Shown in pieces: positions 46,588 to 60,529 of a stretch of 64,000 bases of DNA; the stretch's first letter is position 1, and each line of letters starts with the position of its first letter. The notes beneath the pieces are model-generated. The model saw nothing but the letters and a program-made list of their open reading frames with translations, made no database searches and was not told the DNA's origin. The position numbers and the translations under genes were made by a program. Source of the DNA: Felis catus (taxonomy: Eukaryota); NCBI RefSeq assembly GCF_018350175.1, contig NC_058368.1:214522001-214586000 (forward strand). The letters run 5' to 3'.

Positions 46588-49009
46588 TAAATTTTAGGCA
46601 TCTTGTCTAGAATAAATTGATCCTGCTAGTGTTTACTTGAAAGCAAAGATTATAGATACGAATTCCCTCTTCTTTTGTAACTCTACTTGTTGTTTGATGT
46701 CAAATGTGCATTTCCTCTACCCTCTGAAAACTTTTTGACCATCTTCATCTATACTGACCTCTCCTCCTCCTCCCACTCTTATATCTTTCATTCTCCATAA
46801 TGCTTGTTCAGGGCTTATATTATGTTTTGAATTGTGGCTCATATTTTGATAAATATATGCCTTGATTTTAAAAGAAGAGTGTACTTATTTTTAATTCTCA
46901 CAATTACTTTAGCACCCAATAATTATTGACTGTCTAATAGTCAGTAGATTACATCATCCATCACTTAATTTATGCTATTTATAAATGCCATTTGAGATCA
47001 CAATTGTCAAGTTAAGTCAGTGATAAGTAATTCCACAGACATGCAAATTCATATAATCAGGATAAGGATATGATTCAAAATGAGGTTATTATCGGGCAAT
47101 ATCCTTTCCTAGCCTCCAGATATTATATCACCTCATTCATCTCTCTGTCTATAGCTAGGCTTCACAATAAACAATGAACTTTGTTTCAAACTCCATATCT
47201 ATCAACTGGGTATTGTGTTTTTGAGTAATTGTGGTTCAGGAGGTCCAGTGATAGTCTTTTTGTTATGTTGCAGGTAGTAATCCCAGTATAGATTCTGGCC
47301 CATAGCAGGTGTTCAACTCATCTTCATTGAATAAATAAACATTTACTAATATGTGGCTTAGGGTAAGATGCTTAATGGCACCACCACAGCCACTGCTATT
47401 ACCACCAATGGCAGTAACAGTAGCAGCAAATCCAACATTAGACATCATTTGAAATCACTTGTACTGTTCCTGTCTTCTCTAGTCTGTCAGAGAATAACAC
47501 CAGAGGAAACAGCGTGCATATTTTTTAGTCTTTTGATCACAACCTCAATAATATTTGCCCGAGTCTTTCTGTTAATAGTGACATGCCTCCACTTCATTTC
47601 ACCTGTGAAGAACCTGTCTAAGAATTGGATCTGGACGAGAGGGTAGCCAATTAGGTAATGGCCTCCAGCAAGAGCGGACTCTGTAGAAGACTCGCCTTTG
47701 AACTGTGTGGAGTTGAACTAAAAGGCGCAGCTGTTATATAAATCAGAGAGAAAAGAACAAGGTTACACCTGTGGATTGACTCAACAGCTATATTTTCTTA
47801 GCTCAAACAGTAGAGTACTTTAATGATAACTAATATAATACTCAGATTAATTAAGTAATCTTGACTTCAATTATTTAGATAACTCAAGAAAGTGGGGAAT
47901 TATATCCAAAATTAAAGCATTAATTTCAGAAATGTAGACATTGCCTTAAAGAGTCCTTATCAGAAAAATAACTCATGGGGAATCTGTTACTAAAAGTCTT
48001 AACAGTTTAATAGCAAAGAACATTATCAGCAGGACCAGTAGTTATAAATTTAAAGCCAGGGATCTACTTTATTAAGTAGATATAGGAAACAACTCCACAA
48101 ATAAGTTTGTAGTCAGCTTCCTATGGGAAATTGTTTTCTCACTACCTGTTCCAATCTCAACTTGTCTTTGACTGGATAAAAGGAACTGACTGGTAAAAGG
48201 AAGAGATGAAAGCCTGTGCCTAACTGGCTATAATATTATTATTGTTAAAATTTTCACCGTAAGAGAGATCGCCCATGCCTTGCAATGTAGTAGCAAGGTA
48301 GTTTGCTGGAACTAGAGGCACACTGTGACGAACCTCTTGCCGTTCCCCGGTGTGTGTATGTTTATCACAGGCCTCTCAGAATCTAATTATTTTTCTTCAC
48401 TGATGTTCATTTTTTGTCTCCAAAAATAGTAAAAATTAAAGTAAATGCTACAGTGTTATAATTTTACTGAGAAATAATAAAGTGTGAAAAGTCAAATTTT
48501 TATTATGCAATTATATTTCTTTCTTAGCATTTAAATACAGTGGAATTGATTTGCTGCTTTTTCTCAGGGTCCAGGGAAACTTTTGCAAAGGTAACAATTA
48601 CTTAGCAAGTTAGCTGTGCCATGGTTTTATCATTTTAATCTCTCTCTGAAGATATAAACTGGGCCCTTGGAAACCCAATTCAATCATCCAAAATATACAT
48701 AGTTCAAAGTATGAAGTAAATGACATCTTTCATTAATCCTATTAATTTTAAAATTTAAGATGCTCACCTTTATTTTGCTCATTTGTGGTGGAAAGTAAAT
48801 GATGATGTGTTTACATTTTCACAGGAATATTTAAGATTCATATACTTGGCATGTGAACTGATACGATGTAAAGACAATCCAATATTGAACAGATTGAATT
48901 AAAGATATGAGATCGTACTGAAGGAAATAAACTAAAAGTAAAAAATAAGCCCTTATTTGTGAATGAATTAATACACATTACTTTTGGCACATACTGGGTG
49001 TATTGTATC

Positions 49010-49205
49010 TTAGATAATGATAATTTACACGTGTGGTGCTTTGCAGTTTACAAAGTAATTTCATGTACATTTTCTTATTTGATCTCCAGTAAGCCCTGCG
49101 GGGATGGCTAAGCAGGTATTTTTATTATCTAAAAAGAAATTGAGTCTCAGAAAGGTTATTTGATCACTTCACACAGCTAATAGGTAGCAGAACTAGGATT
49201 TGCTA
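49010..49205 (-). mobile_element. MIR SINE
   Basis: 'gtgctttgcagtttacaaag..tttcatgtacattttcttatttgatctc...gaaattgagtctcagaaaggtta...acacagctaataggtagcagaactaggattt'. Confidence 0.75.
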
Positions 49206-50369
49206 GAACACAGAATCACTCTATAAATACCATTACGTGCATTTTCCCCAAACATCCAACAGTATTGTCTATAAATACAACTAGTTGATTTACTGTTTTA
49301 GAAAGGACTACATTCCTTAAGATTTCATCAAAGTTTCCAAATAACTTGGTAGATATTTCATGTGATATTTTGTGCAGTAACTTGTTTTTTGCTAAACTGT
49401 ATCCTCAAGATTTATCTCTCTGTATTTAACTAGATGTATTGTTTCAAGGATTGTGTCCTCTTGCTTCCAGCAGGGATAAGTGACAGCTGTCTGTGCATTA
49501 ATGAAGCACGAAGGCTGTTTTCCATCAGAAGGAGGAATAGATCATCGCTTTTCACCCTCATCCTTTAAACTATTTAATTTTACAGCCATCCAAGTCAACT
49601 TTATTCTTTTAGTATGTGTTCTAGAATTTTAAAAGGAGAGAAGGCAGAAAAGTTCAGCACCTAAGTAGACAGCTTTTGTCAAATGTAACTCCTACATTGT
49701 TTTACAAGGTTCCTTTTGTTCTGTGGTAAATGGCAGTGTCTTTCACTGTAAAAGTAATTTATAAATATCTCCTTTTGGTTTAGACTTCTATGTTCCTGAT
49801 AGAACTCTTAAGTTTTGCTCAGAGTATTTTTTCCCCTTTCAGGAACAGGAGTAGAACATTTTATCCTCTGATATTAATTCAGTGTGTTACTATCAAATGA
49901 TTGGTAGAATGGTGGAAAATGGACACGCAAAAATCATTCTTCAAGGGTTTTTTTTTTTTTGCATTTTCGTTAAATGGTGTGGTTAGAAGAAATGTGATCT
50001 TCTCAGTTCTGACTGAGAAAGACAAAAGGAGCAGCCTTTGACATTCAGAAGTCTGACTGGCACTTACAGCTAGGTCATATTAGTCTCCAACTAGACATTA
50101 ACAATCTCACAGAATACCAACCTCAGACAAGGTTACTCAGAGATCATGATAAAAGGAGATAAAGCAAAGCCACTTCATAATTCTATCTAAACACAGAAGC
50201 AGAGTCATTATGCCACCCACAAAATATCAAACACCCCCTTACTCATCCCAAATGTGTGACTGCTACTTTATCAGTTGCAGCTTTGTCTTCATTCTAGTCT
50301 CACCTTGCTTTCAATAAGGTTTGTTGAGATACCCAATTATAGATGTTCCTTGCTTTCTGACAGAATATC

Positions 50370-50586
50370 AGGGTGCTTGGGTGGCTCAGTTGGTTGGGTG
50401 TCTGATTTTGGCTCAGATCATGATCTCATGGTTTGTGAGTTTGAGCCCTGAGTCGGGCTCTGTGCTAACAGCTCAGAACCTGGAATCTGCTTTGGATTCT
50501 GTGTCTCCCCCTCTCTCTGCCCCTCCCATGCTCATGCTCTGTCTCTCTCTGTCTCTCAAAAATAAACATTAAAAAATTTTTTAAAA
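50370..50586 (+). mobile_element. CAN-SINE
   Basis: Head agggtgcttgggtggctcagttggtt; TSD core agaatat at 50362-50368 and 50587-50593. Confidence 0.94.
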
Positions 50587-50878
50587 AGAATATAATTTTA
50601 AGTGAACCTTGCTTCTCTAGATTCTCCCCCAAATCACCCAAAGACAAAATCCTGTGATAGGTTCCTTCTGTCTTTTATTGAGATCCCCCATGATCCCCAA
50701 TGCATTAAGTGCTACACAAAACCTGTTCCAACTAGAGATATATTCCTGGTGATCTTTGGCTGCAAGACACTGACATTTTTTTAATCTTCATCTCAGCTTC
50801 TTACTAGTTATTTGAAATTGAGCAAATTACTTAGTCACTCTGGTCTTTGTTTTTTCTCTACAAAACAGAGATCTATAT

Positions 50879-51101
50879 TTTATGTATGTATGTATGTATG
50901 TATGTATGTATGTATGTATGTATTTAGAGAATTAGAGTGAGCCAGTGGGGCAAGGGCAAAGAGAGGAAGAGAAAATCCCAAGTAGGCTCTGACTGTCAGC
51001 ACAGAGCATGACACGGGGCTCGATCTCATGAACTGCGAGATCATGACCTGAGCCAGGTCAAGAGTCAGATACTCAACTGCCTGAGGGCAACCTGGCACCC
51101 C
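50879..51101 (-). mobile_element. CAN-SINE with a (TATG)n tail, inside a MIR fragment (~50790-51150)
   Basis: Head 'cctggcacccc' ends at 51101; (TATG)n 50881-50922; flank 'agcaaattacttagtcactctggtctttgttttttc' is MIR-core-like. Confidence 0.9.
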
Positions 51102-51659
51102 TACAATGGCCATATTTATATTTACCATAAGACAAGTTGTTTGTTGAGATAAATAATATATACCCTAATGGTATAATACAGACAATATTAAATATTATTT
51201 TTCCCATTTCGTATTATTTTTTTTATATTTTCCTTCCTTCTTTTTCTGATTTTCCCATGATTTTAAAAAGGTTTAAGAAACCTTCTTTTATAAAGTTTAA
51301 TTTGGAATCGGAATTTTGACAATGGATTAGACAGTTTTAAAACCAATGTTCTGACTTTGCTTTTACTATAAATATATTTTGAGAAAAAATTCTACTACCT
51401 CCAGCAATCATTTCTTGATAGCCCTATTCCAGGGAGTAAGCTGGGCAATGTGGACACAGAAATGAACCAGACATTGTCCTACCATCAAATAACGTATTTA
51501 TCTCCAATATATTGCCAAGTATCAACTGCACTATAGTTCTCAGTGCAGTGCGTCTGGGGTTTGTGATACAGTCCTGCAGTCATAGTGTATACCAAGCTTC
51601 TTATTTGGTGAGATGAGATTCACAAAGAAGATAATAAACTCAGAGTATAATCCAATTCC

Positions 51660-52255
51660 AATATAACCTCAAAATACTTAAATAGAAATCTGACAGGTGT
51701 AAAAGGAGAATTAAAAATCTATACTTGCTGGAAATTCTAATAGAAACTTATGGCAAAAATGTTGAGAATATATGGAGGATTTGAACAACACACAAAAAAA
51801 CTATCTTTATCACATTTGTGTGTGGGGGGGAGGGTGTAGATTCTCCCAATAATCAGAGCAAACTCATAGTGTTTAGACATATGTGGAACATTTATAAAAT
51901 TTGACCCCATATTCCACAAAGGATTCTTTCTTTCGTCCTTCCTTCCTTCCTTCCTTCCTTCCTTCCTTCCTTCCTTCCTTCCTTATGTTTATTTATTTTT
52001 GAGAGAGAGAGAATGTGAGTGGGGAGGGGCAGAGAGAGAGGCAGACACAGGCTCCAAACTCCAAGCTGTGAGCACAGAGCTCTACGTGGGGCCCAAACTC
52101 ACAAGCCGTGAGATCATGACCTGAGCCGAATCGGACGCTTAACCAACTGAGCCACCCAGGTGCCCCCACAAAGGCTACTGTAAGGAATACTAGAGAATTG
52201 GTAGTATATGGACAACCTTCTCTGGCCAAAATGCAATAAAAGTAAAAATAATAGA
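51660..52255 (+). mobile_element. Highly decayed old L1 endonuclease-region fragment split by a SINE
   Basis: 'ggaacatttataaaatttgaccccatatt' and 'tctggccaaaatgcaataaaagtaaaaat' resemble the GTFxKIDH and SDHNAIKLEI coding motifs. Confidence 0.55.
51923..52166 (-). mobile_element. CAN-SINE with a (TTCC)n tail
   Basis: (TTCC)n ~51937-51984; TSD cacaaagg at 51915-51922 and 52167-52174. Confidence 0.93.
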
Positions 52256-53714
52256 TTTGGAGGCTTTTAAATTCTCTTTCCAAACCCAAGGGCTTTCTGG
52301 CTTTGTGCGGCTTTTTGAAGCTCTGAGCCACTGCTATTGAAGTTAAAGGCCAATGGTTTTAAGAACCTTGTGCATGATAAACTGTCACCCACTGGCTTTG
52401 TCGTCCTCCTCAAACATCCCCAATATCCTGAAAGATTCCTAAAAGAAACAACAATGACAACATCAAAAATAATGGGAAAGGCAGTAGACCGGTATAAGCA
52501 GGGATGAATATAGCTTTGGTTGAGATAAAGCATTAGACAGTATTTTTGGGTCTGGTATAACTAAAGAAAAAGTAGTGGTAGGGCATTTACTTTAGCATTA
52601 AGAAAGTAATTAAATCAAACAGCTTTGGGAAAATTTACACAGAAGAGTTAAGGCTGGAAGCAATGAACAATGGAGAACAACTTTGTTTTCTGACATAATA
52701 AAACTGGGCTCTTAGGAAACTTGGTTTAGCAACTGTATATAAGACATCTCAAGGAGAAGGGATAGAACATTTATGAGGTGATAAATGATTGGCACCAAAA
52801 AAATTCCAGGGAGTTACATAGCGGATATTGTAATGATAGTATGCACCTGTATGAGATACCAGTGTTCTGGTTTTTGCTTCAAGGGTGATGTTCTCAAGTC
52901 ACCCTAATTAATATTTCTATGTGGGCTAAGTTACTTAGTGAGAACAGGAAGTTCACAGATCACTGTGCAACAGCAAGTGGAAAAGAGAGGAGCTCAGAAA
53001 GAGAAGAAAAAGAAAAAAACGGAGTTGAGCCGTTTTATACTTGATGAAGATGTGAGTACCACCATGCTTACCACCTCCACTTCTCACTCTTCCCAAACAC
53101 ACTACCAAGTGGAGGAAAAAATGATAATCCAGGAAGAGGAATCTGTTCTTTCATCCACCTAAAAAACTGAGTGTGATACTGAAGGGCATTTTGAATTTAG
53201 TCCAATCTAGCTGTAATCCTGCATTATAGAAGCTTCCATTTGGCATTGAAAGTACCAATGTTGATATCCAAGGAGGAAAGGAGGAAATAATACTTTGGCA
53301 GCTTTTTCCCCCTAGTTTTTTCCTTCTTGTGCCTTCCCCCCCCCAGCTCATTCTCTTCATATTTGAGATGGGAAAACTAGAAGTAAGGTGAAAGGAAAAA
53401 TGCTATTATTCTCTCTTTGTCCCTGATATATTTGAAAAAGTTAAAGATCTTGGAAAAGATTAAAAAAGATAATAATTTTTCTCTAATATCAAGCAATATA
53501 GATTTTAATTTGGTGTCTTACCATATATTGAAGATGTGCCATACAAAATAAATTCCACTCGAGTAATGATATACTTAAGAGAAAAATTCAGGACATTAGA
53601 TATTTAGAAAGAAAAAATATTTCTTTATTACATGTATATTTTGTGTTATAGATACAAACATTATCACATTAATGTTAATACAAACAGTAATGCAAACATT
53701 ATCACATTTACTCA

Positions 53715-53776
53715 ATTGTGTAAATAAAATATAGCTCACAGGGATTGTGTAAATAAAATATAGCTCACAGGGATTG
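53715..53776. repeat. Perfect 29-bp tandem duplication
   Basis: attgtgtaaataaaatatagctcacaggg twice (53715-53743, 53744-53772), followed by attg. Confidence 0.97.
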
Positions 53777-54261
53777 AAAGAAATTTAGAGCTCTGTGTTT
53801 TAATTTAATTTCCTTATTTGCAATATAAATAGGCATTTAGTAAAATTTTGGTGTAAAATGAAATGATAGAAATAACGTTGCTTAACCATATATTTCATAA
53901 ATTTCTTTTTTCTTATTCTTCTTACTTTAATAAAAAATTTCACAGAAGTATAATTTAATGCATATTTTAAATATAGAAAGATATTTTCATAGCCATTGTA
54001 GCTACTAGCTACCAAACACCTCTGAGCACCTTTATCAAACCAAAGTTCCCACATCATAACTAGCTCAGTGAAACTGGTTAAACATTTACTCAGGAAAAGA
54101 AATGAAAACTGATCTGTCTTCAATTAAAAAAAAAAAACACAGAGCCTCAGGTATGCAGATGATCAACAGATTCAGCTATCATTTTAAAAAAATGTTCAGA
54201 AGGTGAATTTTTCATTTAATTACCATTTGAACTCTGATAGTATTTTATACATCAATAAGGC

Positions 54262-54730
54262 TGTATTCGTCAGGGTCCCAGCAGGAAACAGATACCACAA
54301 TGAATTCGGTAATTAAGGAGAGTTTAATAAAGGGTCTACTGCCAAAGTCGTGGAGAAGATTTAGGGATATCAGTAAAGTACTCTGAAGTCCCATGAGGTT
54401 AGCAGCAGTTTGGACTCACATTTACCCCAAGGCTTGAAAGGATACAGGATGAAATGATTCCTAGAACACAGAGAAATGAAGAGGGTTACCTGAGAGGAAA
54501 CTGTAGTCTTTGATGGTAACCTGTTAGGGATGAAGCACTGAAAATACATACCCAGGCTTTCCCCTGCCATTTGGTCTTCTCTTGTGCCTTCCATTGACCA
54601 AGGTCATAAATAAGCCACAGGGCAAGGGACCCTATTGATATATTTCATACTGGTCGGCTTCAATCCCAAGACACAGAGCTCAATAGAAGAGGATTTAAAT
54701 TGGATCTAGAGAAAAACAATACAGCCAGCA
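54262..54730. mobile_element. Old ERVL-type solo LTR (LTR41/LTR50-like)
   Basis: TG…CA termini; 'tgtattcgtcagggtcccagcaggaaacagat...ggagagtttaataaaggg...ggcaagggaccctattgat...tggatctagag...cagca'. Confidence 0.7.
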
Positions 54731-57008
54731 TATGGGCCCAGTGGATAATTTAGGCATTCACTCAGAAAAATGTTTATTAAATATCTATTATACACTATGT
54801 TACTGTGCTAGGCACTGGGGATGCAAATAAGAACAGAACATAATTCTTGCAAGTAGAAAACAACACCTGGGCTTGTTTCCTTTTCTCTTTTCTTAAAACA
54901 TAACAAATTAAAAAAGGACTAAGGAAAACAAAAGTAGGAGAAAATTCACTGTAAAGGAAAAAATATTATGAAGTACAAAATATTCATTCATAGGAAAAGA
55001 TATAGAGAGCTACTCTCCATCCCAGTCTCCATCTGCACTGAAAGATAAAGGCTTATAAAAATTATTCTGGACCTAAAATTCCTATAAATGAATAGCAGGC
55101 CTAAGTTATATGAGGGGGCACAGAGAACTGATTCATGCTTAATAAACCCTGCAATTAATAAAACCTTGTTCCTAGGCTACTCCCTCCTCTGGGGAGCTCT
55201 CAGTATTTTATAGCCCTTGTCTAAGAAGCCTTATAACTCCTCTGTGTTAGGAAGAATGGAATAAGTGTGTCAATGGGGTGGGTATGTTTTCTCTTTTTTC
55301 CATACCTTGAATTCTTTACTAGTGAGTCAGTGCTTTGTACCTTTAATATTCTTGTTTTATGCAATGACTAAGGGGTAGCTTTTCTCTGCCTGTATTAACT
55401 ATGCTGTGGTTGCTGGAGATCATAAATCCTCCAGTAGTTAATTTTTTAATTAATTCAAAGAATATTAACTAAACCCTGTGTATTTTTTATGAAAAAAAGT
55501 TCTCCTTAGTTTTATCTTGAACTTCTGTTTTATTATGTATTTGATAAAATGTTTTATGATTCGTATCTAGGCTGAGTGTGACATAGTTGATGGTGACAAA
55601 AATGACCTACTTAATTGATTGTTTTCTTAGTCTAATCTCAGTTGCTTAAAAATACTTGCCTGCTTATACACATATTCTATCTGTTGGGGTTAATTTTATG
55701 GGTTCATAAACCATTGTGACCTCTTTTTAGGGCATTGCTTATTTAGTCTCTCTTAGAACTGTCATAAAAGCTAGCAGCGGGAGCAAGCAGGTGCCCTTCC
55801 CAGCCAGGAGAGACACCATAGTGTTGTGTTGTTGTTGTTTTAGTTTTGTTTTCTTGAAACTGACAGATGGATGAGTTTCCAGCTAGGAATGAGATAACCA
55901 TGATGTCAACTGGGATTTCCTGACCTCTTGAAAATTGTTTGGACATCTTTTCATGCCTAATGGAAACTAAGGTAGTGCTCAGGGCTTTTTCAAGTTGAGA
56001 ATGTGGTGCCCATGTTTTCCAGGTCCTTCTATTTTTTCATTCTCTTCTTTTCCTGTATGCACTCATTTAATGGCATTTCTGCAGATAAGAAGCAGACACT
56101 TACCCAAATTTTTCTAAACGTGCATCCTTCACAACAAAGTATCTGCAAGAATTGTAGAGTTGGGGAGGTGTGGGAAGATATAAAGGGTATTTATAGTGGA
56201 AATAATTTCAAATTGAAATTCCCCATCTAAGTACCCATCTAAGTTCTTCTCTTCTTTCTTGCCCTCTTATTGGCTTCCTTTTCTCTGCATTTTCCTATCC
56301 CCTGTGGTTTCCTCCTACCACAGAGGAGAAAATCAGATTATTCTCCTGTCCCAAGGAGATTTGTTCAAACTTCAGCTTTGTTTTAGATTCTCCTACTGGC
56401 ACACATATTCTCATTCAATACCAAGGGTCTTGTATTCCATACCAAGTGATTTATAATTTCTTTCACAAAGAAAACACATTCTCTCTCTAAATGGTATATG
56501 GACACTTATTAAGGTAATAGCTATTTCCACTTTGCTTTGGTGGGACATATATTTCCTAATAAGATAACCTAGTATTTCCAATTTTTGCAACCTTGAGAGA
56601 ACAGATAACAAATTTTGGTTACATAATAAAGTAATTATAAATTTGGCAGCTGTGTGTCTTTGACAATGCAAGTGCATTGTTTCATAGGGTGCTGATAATG
56701 TCATTTGAACCCTGAACATGTACACAGTTCTTTGGCTGGTGAGTTAGGACAATGTTACATAGATCTAGGAACCAAGTAGGAAAATAGAAGTGCTAGGCTT
56801 AAACTGTGTATTTTTACATTTTTTTTCTTTTGGATTTTGAACTTTGGAGAATCTCACACAATGGGACAGGCAGTGTAATTTTTAAAGATCTGAGAAGATC
56901 AATCCCAACTTCCTACATGATTTACAAATCAGCTTTTGGTGGCTAAAATCTCTTTCAACCAAAGTATGTTCTTCTGAGAATAAGTAATACTAAGAAAGAA
57001 TCCACAGT

Positions 57009-57212
57009 GGAGCACTTGGATGGCCCAGTGGGTTAAGCATCCAGCTCAGGTCATGATTTCATGGTTTGTGAGTTTGAGCTCCGTGTTGGGCTCCACACTG
57101 ACAATACAAAGTCTGCTTTGGATTCTCTCTCTCCCTCTCTCTCTGCCCCTCCCTAGCTCATGCTCTGTCACTCTCTGTCAAAATAAATAAATAAACATTA
57201 AAAAAAAGGAAA
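57009..57212 (+). mobile_element. CAN-SINE
   Basis: Perfect 16-bp TSD aagaaagaatccacag at 56992-57007 and 57213-57228; CT tract and aataa tail. Confidence 0.95.
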
Positions 57213-59639
57213 AAGAAAGAATCCACAGCAAAAATGAGTTGAATACCTGAAAGGGAGAGGAAACAAGTGAGAGAGGGAAGGACTGAAGTTGCCCATGCTA
57301 AATCTCAGTCTTGATGTATGGCAGAGCTGTGCTAGAAAAGCTGCAGAAAAGAAGGCAGGGTTAATGCCATTTGTGGTTGTTATCTTGTGGCCTTTGAGAT
57401 TCAACATAGGCATCAAATTGAGAAGCTCAGTGGTTGGTGGTAACATTGATGTCACATGATTTTTGTATCATACAACAGAAGAGAACTTGGGACAGGACTC
57501 AAGTTCAGATCTACTTTGGTGCTATGAGTGAAAACTAAAAGGAAGATATCAGGGAATGTAGAGGACTCCAGTTCAAACAGGAAGTAAATGGAAGTTGGAG
57601 AATATACTCTTGACATTTATGTTTTGATTCTCATTCAATTTGATTTAAAATGAGTAATTTACTTCATGGACAAAAATGATTTCATGGCCCACATTTCAAG
57701 ATGTGCTTCACATTATAACTGTTGAGCTTAGAGATGCTCAACTTCATAGCTACAAATGAAAAATATCAGGGCAGCATCTATAAATCAGGACAATGGACAG
57801 CATCAGCTAAGGAAATCTTTGGCAGGGTTGGGGAGCTCCTCTTAGAGGCATTTTCAACAGTCAAATATATTCAACAGTCAAAGCCTTTTGCCGTGTGATT
57901 TCACTGTTACAGGCTTGCCACATGGCTTCCCAGAGTAAAGCCTAACAACTTCTAGTGAAGAGATCCTTACAGACACAGCTTGGCTGACCACATTCAGCAT
58001 ATAGTTTACATTCAGATCAATAAAGATTGAGTTCCAATCGAATCTGAGTCTTGGCTTCTAATTGTTTCCTCTAAATTATAAGTAGATCACTTTTACATCT
58101 TCCTAACTGAATCAGGGATTTTAACTTACTTACTTCTAGAGACTATGACCTAGCAGTATAAATGCTCAGCTAACTAAAAGCCTAGTGGACCACTTAGCAG
58201 AAAGCATTTTCCTTTCCTAATGCTTACTTATAGAAATCCAATAGGGCTTTGCTACCCCAGCTATCACAGCCTGCTCTGAGCTTTAAAAGGTTGTCTTCAT
58301 CTGTTTAATAATGTCTGCTCCACACTCTGGTCATGTGGCAACCCTTAGGAAATGGTTCTCTAAGTCAGAAGCATATTGTGTAAGATTCATATGATTTACA
58401 AACAAGAATGTTAAGTTGAATTGAGTACTTTCAGGGTGATTCATGCAAAAAAGAAAAAAAAAGATTTCCATTTGCATGCCAGTGAAAATCTGCCTAAGAA
58501 AACCATGCTAAACTAATTAATCTTTGTACATGGGGAAGGATTTATTTTTCTTATTTCTAGTTCCCAGGAAACAGATTCAGATAACCTTGGTGTCTTAGAT
58601 ATTTAAAACAGCCATGAATATTGCACTATGAGGTTTTAGGTTTGGTACATGGTGTGAGGAGAAAAAAAAATCTAGTCCTCAAAAATTTCCTTTGTCTTTA
58701 CTATAACTGCCCTATTGTTTCCCTCTTTTTCTGCCTTCCTTTCCTACTTTCTTTCTCTCTTTTTCTCCATTTCTTCTTATCCTTCTCCTGCCTTTCCTTC
58801 TTCAGTATTGAAGTTTACTTTTAGGAATATTTATGATCAGTGCTTGCTGTGTGTTGTAACTCTGATTTTGTTAACTTTTCTGCTAGAATCTCTCATTTTC
58901 ACACTGTGCAAATGTTACTTTCAAAAAATGCTTTATTTTAAGATTCTTCCAAATTGTAGCTATTACCATGACAATTGGATTTCTAATTTTTAAATATTAA
59001 ACTATTTTTTTTAAATGTTGGCCCTTTTGTCCCATAAGCAGATGCAGTAGAAAGAAAAAAAAACAACTAAAATTTGAGAGATACTTATAACAGTAAATAG
59101 AAACAGTAAATAAAAACTCAGGTAAGACATGGTTATATATCTTTATATGTATGTGTGTGTTTGTATATGAGTATATATGACTTACATGTGATTTTTGGCA
59201 TGCCAGTGTCCCTTCTTTTGGAAGACCAGAACCACCCTTCCTTTCTTCCACAGTCTTTTGTAGATTTTGAGTGGTATTGGTATCTTCCCTCTCACCAAAA
59301 TGGGTGTGGCTGCATTACTGAGTCAGGTAAGAGTGAAAGGTCTCCCTTCCATGGCCAAATGATTTGTTCTGGAATGTGCACTGGAACTAAGATGAGCCAG
59401 TCAGAATTTTCATCAAATTTATGCTGAGCTTTCAGGAGAGGCATGACAATAAGGCATGTAGGACTGGGGGCAACTGTTTCTGCCCTAGGAAAAGAGTTTG
59501 TCTGAGAAAAATGCTACACAAAGGCAGGTTTAGTTGAATGAGAGCAAGAAGAGACTGAGTCAGCTGGTGCCACTGACTATGTTCCTGGAGGTTTACACAT
59601 GGAAGGCATTTTCCAGATTCATATGACATGAGTGACAGA

Positions 59640-59890
59640 AAGGATGACAATTTCAGGGAGGAAAAATGGAGCATGGCACATCTAGGACTTCAAGGAGGTA
59701 TAATGGCTGGGAATTCAGGGTGTTGGTGATTTAGTGTCAAGGATGAGTTGAAGGCAATAAGGGACTGATTATGAGGAGGACCTTGATTTCCAAGTCAAGG
59801 AGCTTGGATTTGATCATGAAGACAATGGGGACCCTTTAAAGGCATTTAAGCAGACATCTGACATGGTTAGATTTGCCTAAGGCTGGCTTA
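59640..59890 (-). mobile_element. L2 fragment
   Basis: 'ccttgatttccaagtcaaggagcttggatttgatc..gacaatggggaccctttaaaggcatttaagcag...gacatggttagatttg'. Confidence 0.6.
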
Positions 59891-60529
59891 TGTTGAAGAA
59901 ATATGTAAACTTGGAATGATTTTTAAATATCATCACTGCTATACTCCATTCAGAAGCATCAAACCAATAATAAGACAATTTGAAGGTCTAAATCTAACTC
60001 TTAAAAATCAATTTTTTTAAACTGTAAGTTTTTCTTGTCATTTATGATATTATAAAACAGCATGGAGACATTGTTATGAATACATCGATTTGATCTTAGA
60101 CATTCCAGTTATATTGAAAAAGCTAGGTTAGCAAATAAAAAGCATTACAACTGCTGAAAACTTAATCAGTAGAAATAACTAAAGTTAGAAAATGGAAGAG
60201 CTAGCTTTACAGCGAAGTACTGCAATGGAAACTGAATTGGTTCTATTGCTTCAGAATGGATGTCCATATTCAAAAATCAAGTAAACCATAAATGTTGTTG
60301 AAACATTCTGCGTATCTGCAGTCAATTTCTTCGGCATCAAATTCTCAAAGTAAGCATTTGGTAGATACACTGTTTTTCTTATTTAATGCAAATTATAATA
60401 TCTCTATATCAAGTGTGCTCAAATTTGAATAATATTTTTATATTAATATGTGATACTTTCAGTTTGCAAACTTCTTTTCTGTCTGTGTTTGCTACTCCCA
60501 ACATCCCTGTGATACAGACTCTGCAGCTT

